From assembly GCA_034530875.2 (NCBI GenBank), contig JAVRCJ020000006.1:160001-224000 (forward strand): 64,000 nt of DNA, in the 5' to 3' direction. Below, piece by piece: positions 62,136 to 64,000 of the stretch. How positions within the stretch are numbered: position 1 is the first letter of the stretch; every line of letters starts with the position of its first letter. The notes below the pieces were generated by a model. That model was not told the origin of the DNA. It saw nothing but the letters and a program-made list of their open reading frames with translations, and searched no databases. The DNA is from Nostoc sp. DedSLP01 (GTDB lineage Bacteria > Cyanobacteriota > Cyanobacteriia > Cyanobacteriales > Nostocaceae). Position numbers and translations under genes: made by a program.

Positions 62136-62451
62136 GATGATTTCTATCCTTTGATTTTTTTATATTCAAGATAAAGCGTTGCAATTCAGATGTAATAATT
62201 AGTGTTTTGTTTACTAAATTACCATTTATTTTGACATATAAAGCGAATATTAATGAAACGGTGAATATTTTTTATTTGAAAGATAAACAATATCGAAAAT
62301 TTTCTAGACATTGAAAGCTTCGGCTGCTAAATTTCTTCTATCAAAGTAGAATTTTTGGGGTGGTATTTGGTAGCTATAATTGGGAGATTTAAAGTAACTC
62401 AAAGAAGAACCGAGTGTAGCCGCATACTAATCATCAAGCCTAAAGTACGAA

Positions 62452-63924
62452 TTAATGTCTTAGGTGTAAAGCACCAAACATATTCACTAATACTTGTTTA
62501 ATCCGTCTTGCTACTCGTCTCCATAATGGCTCCTGACGATATAGCTTTTGATATCTCTGTACTATGGGGTCAAGCTGCTGTTGAAATAAAGAAAATTCAC
62601 CAGCATCAACCGCATCCTTGAAAGCAACATGACTATCTGCTGCTAGAACCACTCTTAAATCTTGCCGTTCTTTGAGGGTTTTATTGAGATGGTTAGCTTT
62701 GGGTTGAACTCGTTTTTGGGGACGCCATTCACCTTTTAAATCAGTTAAGTGCAAACGATAAGCCAGACCTTCTCTTCGATGCTGAAAACCTGATTTTTGG
62801 GATTGAGCAACTTCATCAGCACTAATGCGATCGAGCTTTAATTGTCCTGCATTCATTGCACCCTCGATTATTTCATTAATCGCTGGATGACGCACAACTA
62901 CAACATTTGTGCCTTTACTATCTTTAACGTACTGGGGTAGCCAAGCATCACCAACTGTAACATCTGCTGTTTCCCCAACCACATCATCACAATAGTCACA
63001 AGCTTTGTACTTGAAGAAGCCTAATCCCCAGTCAGTACCATAAAGGTCGCGTACAGGCATAATATGAGTGGCTATCTGTCCATCTTGTTGAATTCCAGTC
63101 ACTTCAACGCCATAGCGATTAGCGTCTGCATCCGGTAATTTTTTGCGAAAGTCAATTGCCAAAAGATTACCAGGCGCGATACCGGCTTGCCAAGCAAACA
63201 TCTCGGCGAAGCGCATACTTTTAAGATGTCCGCAAATCAGCGCTACACAAAATTTGATTCTTTCAGCTAAGACTGGATCTTGTAGCATCAAAAGACGGAC
63301 GGCTTTAATAAAACATGGAATACCAACAATGGCGTAATTTCCTGGACGTTCGCGGATTAGCTGTATTACCTCAGACATTTCTATCGGGTAATAGCGTGAC
63401 TTAGCGCCATTATGTACCTGTTCTATAGTTGTGGAAAGTTGATAAGAAAATAGTCTCGGGTCTGATTTTGAGGGATGGCGTTGATGCACGTGAATTACAC
63501 CATCTACCAGTCCTTGACTCAGAAGATTACTCACAATCCACGTTCCCATACCTCCGGAACTACCGCGATCGCGAAAATCTTTTTCTAATACATAACCCGC
63601 ATAAGTAGCCAAATGGTAGCCGATTTTATCGTGGTATTTGCCATTATTACTGAATAATGGCTGGCTAATTTGGTCTTCATTGAGACTTTTATTAGAAAAA
63701 GGACATACAGATTGAACTGAATTAGTTACAAACGACGCATCTAACGATGGATCTATAGCCGCTTGCAACTTTCCATATTCATCTAATTGCATTTTTAGAG
63801 GAGAGTCACTGATAGCAGCGCAAGCGCCACAACCTATACAGTAACTACCATTAATTACAGTTTCTAATAAGTCAGTTACGTCAGAACCTAACTTATAGTC
63901 TGCAACCTGTTGATTCTGTGTCAT
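62452..63924 (-). CDS. FrhB/FdhB-family Fe-S flavoprotein (F420 hydrogenase beta subunit-like) with N-terminal ferredoxin-like domain
   Basis: 'CIGCGAC', 'SSGG', 'KSRY', 'VGIPC', 'ICGH', 'ACDYCDD...AD.TVGDAW'. Confidence 0.88.
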   Translation of the reverse strand: MTQNQQVADYKLGSDVTDLLETVINGSYCIGCGACAAISDSPLKMQLDEYGKLQAAIDPSLDASFVTNSVQSVCPFSNKSLNEDQISQPLFSNNGKYHDKIGYHLATYAGYVLEKDFRDRGSSGGMGTWIVSNLLSQGLVDGVIHVHQRHPSKSDPRLFSYQLSTTIEQVHNGAKSRYYPIEMSEVIQLIRERPGNYAIVGIPCFIKAVRLLMLQDPVLAERIKFCVALICGHLKSMRFAEMFAWQAGIAPGNLLAIDFRKKLPDADANRYGVEVTGIQQDGQIATHIMPVRDLYGTDWGLGFFKYKACDYCDDVVGETADVTVGDAWLPQYVKDSKGTNVVVVRHPAINEIIEGAMNAGQLKLDRISADEVAQSQKSGFQHRREGLAYRLHLTDLKGEWRPQKRVQPKANHLNKTLKERQDLRVVLAADSHVAFKDAVDAGEFSLFQQQLDPIVQRYQKLYRQEPLWRRVARRIKQVLVNMFGALHLRH

Positions 63925-64000
63925 AGAATTGTTTACCTACTAGCTTAAAGGTAAATTTTGTCGAGCTTGTCCCAGACAGTTATTTACCTAATAGGTTACC

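Larger units (their letters stand above)
1..64000. repeat. HIP1 octamer GCGATCGC dispersed throughout the window
   Basis: Many copies, e.g. 2285, 4778, 8544, 8565, 9618, 54914. Confidence 0.95.

Noticed and set aside
38434..63924. Functional link between cofH and the FrhB-like gene via F420
   Set aside because: They are ~23 kb apart; cyanobacterial CofGH makes FO/8-HDF for photolyase, no F420 maturation genes are in the window, and FrhB-fold homologs can use ferredoxin

Overview
A 64 kb chromosomal segment from a heterocyst-forming (Nostocales-type) cyanobacterium. The assignment rests on abundant HIP1 octamers (GCGATCGC), STRR-type heptamer repeats and a devH-like gene. The backbone carries clpB, ndhD1/ndhF1, trxC, a NnrU/Z-ISO gene, pacR (rbcR-type LysR), devH, polA, cofH, psb27, mobA, clpP, an RNase II/R (zam-like) gene, ubiX, aroK and argB. 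Also present are a Yfr2-like ncRNA, a Fur-box-containing iron-uptake cluster (multicopper oxidase, HhH lipoprotein, bacterioferritin-like protein, FTR1 permease, convergent ABC binding protein) and part of a polysaccharide cluster at the right end. Most interesting observations: (1) a Ser/Thr kinase ending in a bare membrane bundle, followed by two transporter-less solute-binding proteins of different folds that share an 'MSQKNE'+TM+WWF N-terminus, a candidate split receptor-kinase system; (2) a pyruvyltransferase + FrhB-like reductase pair that could make lactyl-ether sugars; (3) a toxin-antitoxin hotspot between ndhF1 and ndhD1, and two gene stubs (one there, one near aroK) that break exactly at HIP1 sites; (4) a possible Rad52-like protein with a standalone duplicate of its C-terminal domain; (5) a structured, switch-like region upstream of the RNase II/R gene. 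No tRNA, rRNA, CRISPR array or intact transposase was seen. All family assignments come from motif recognition and memory, not database searches.
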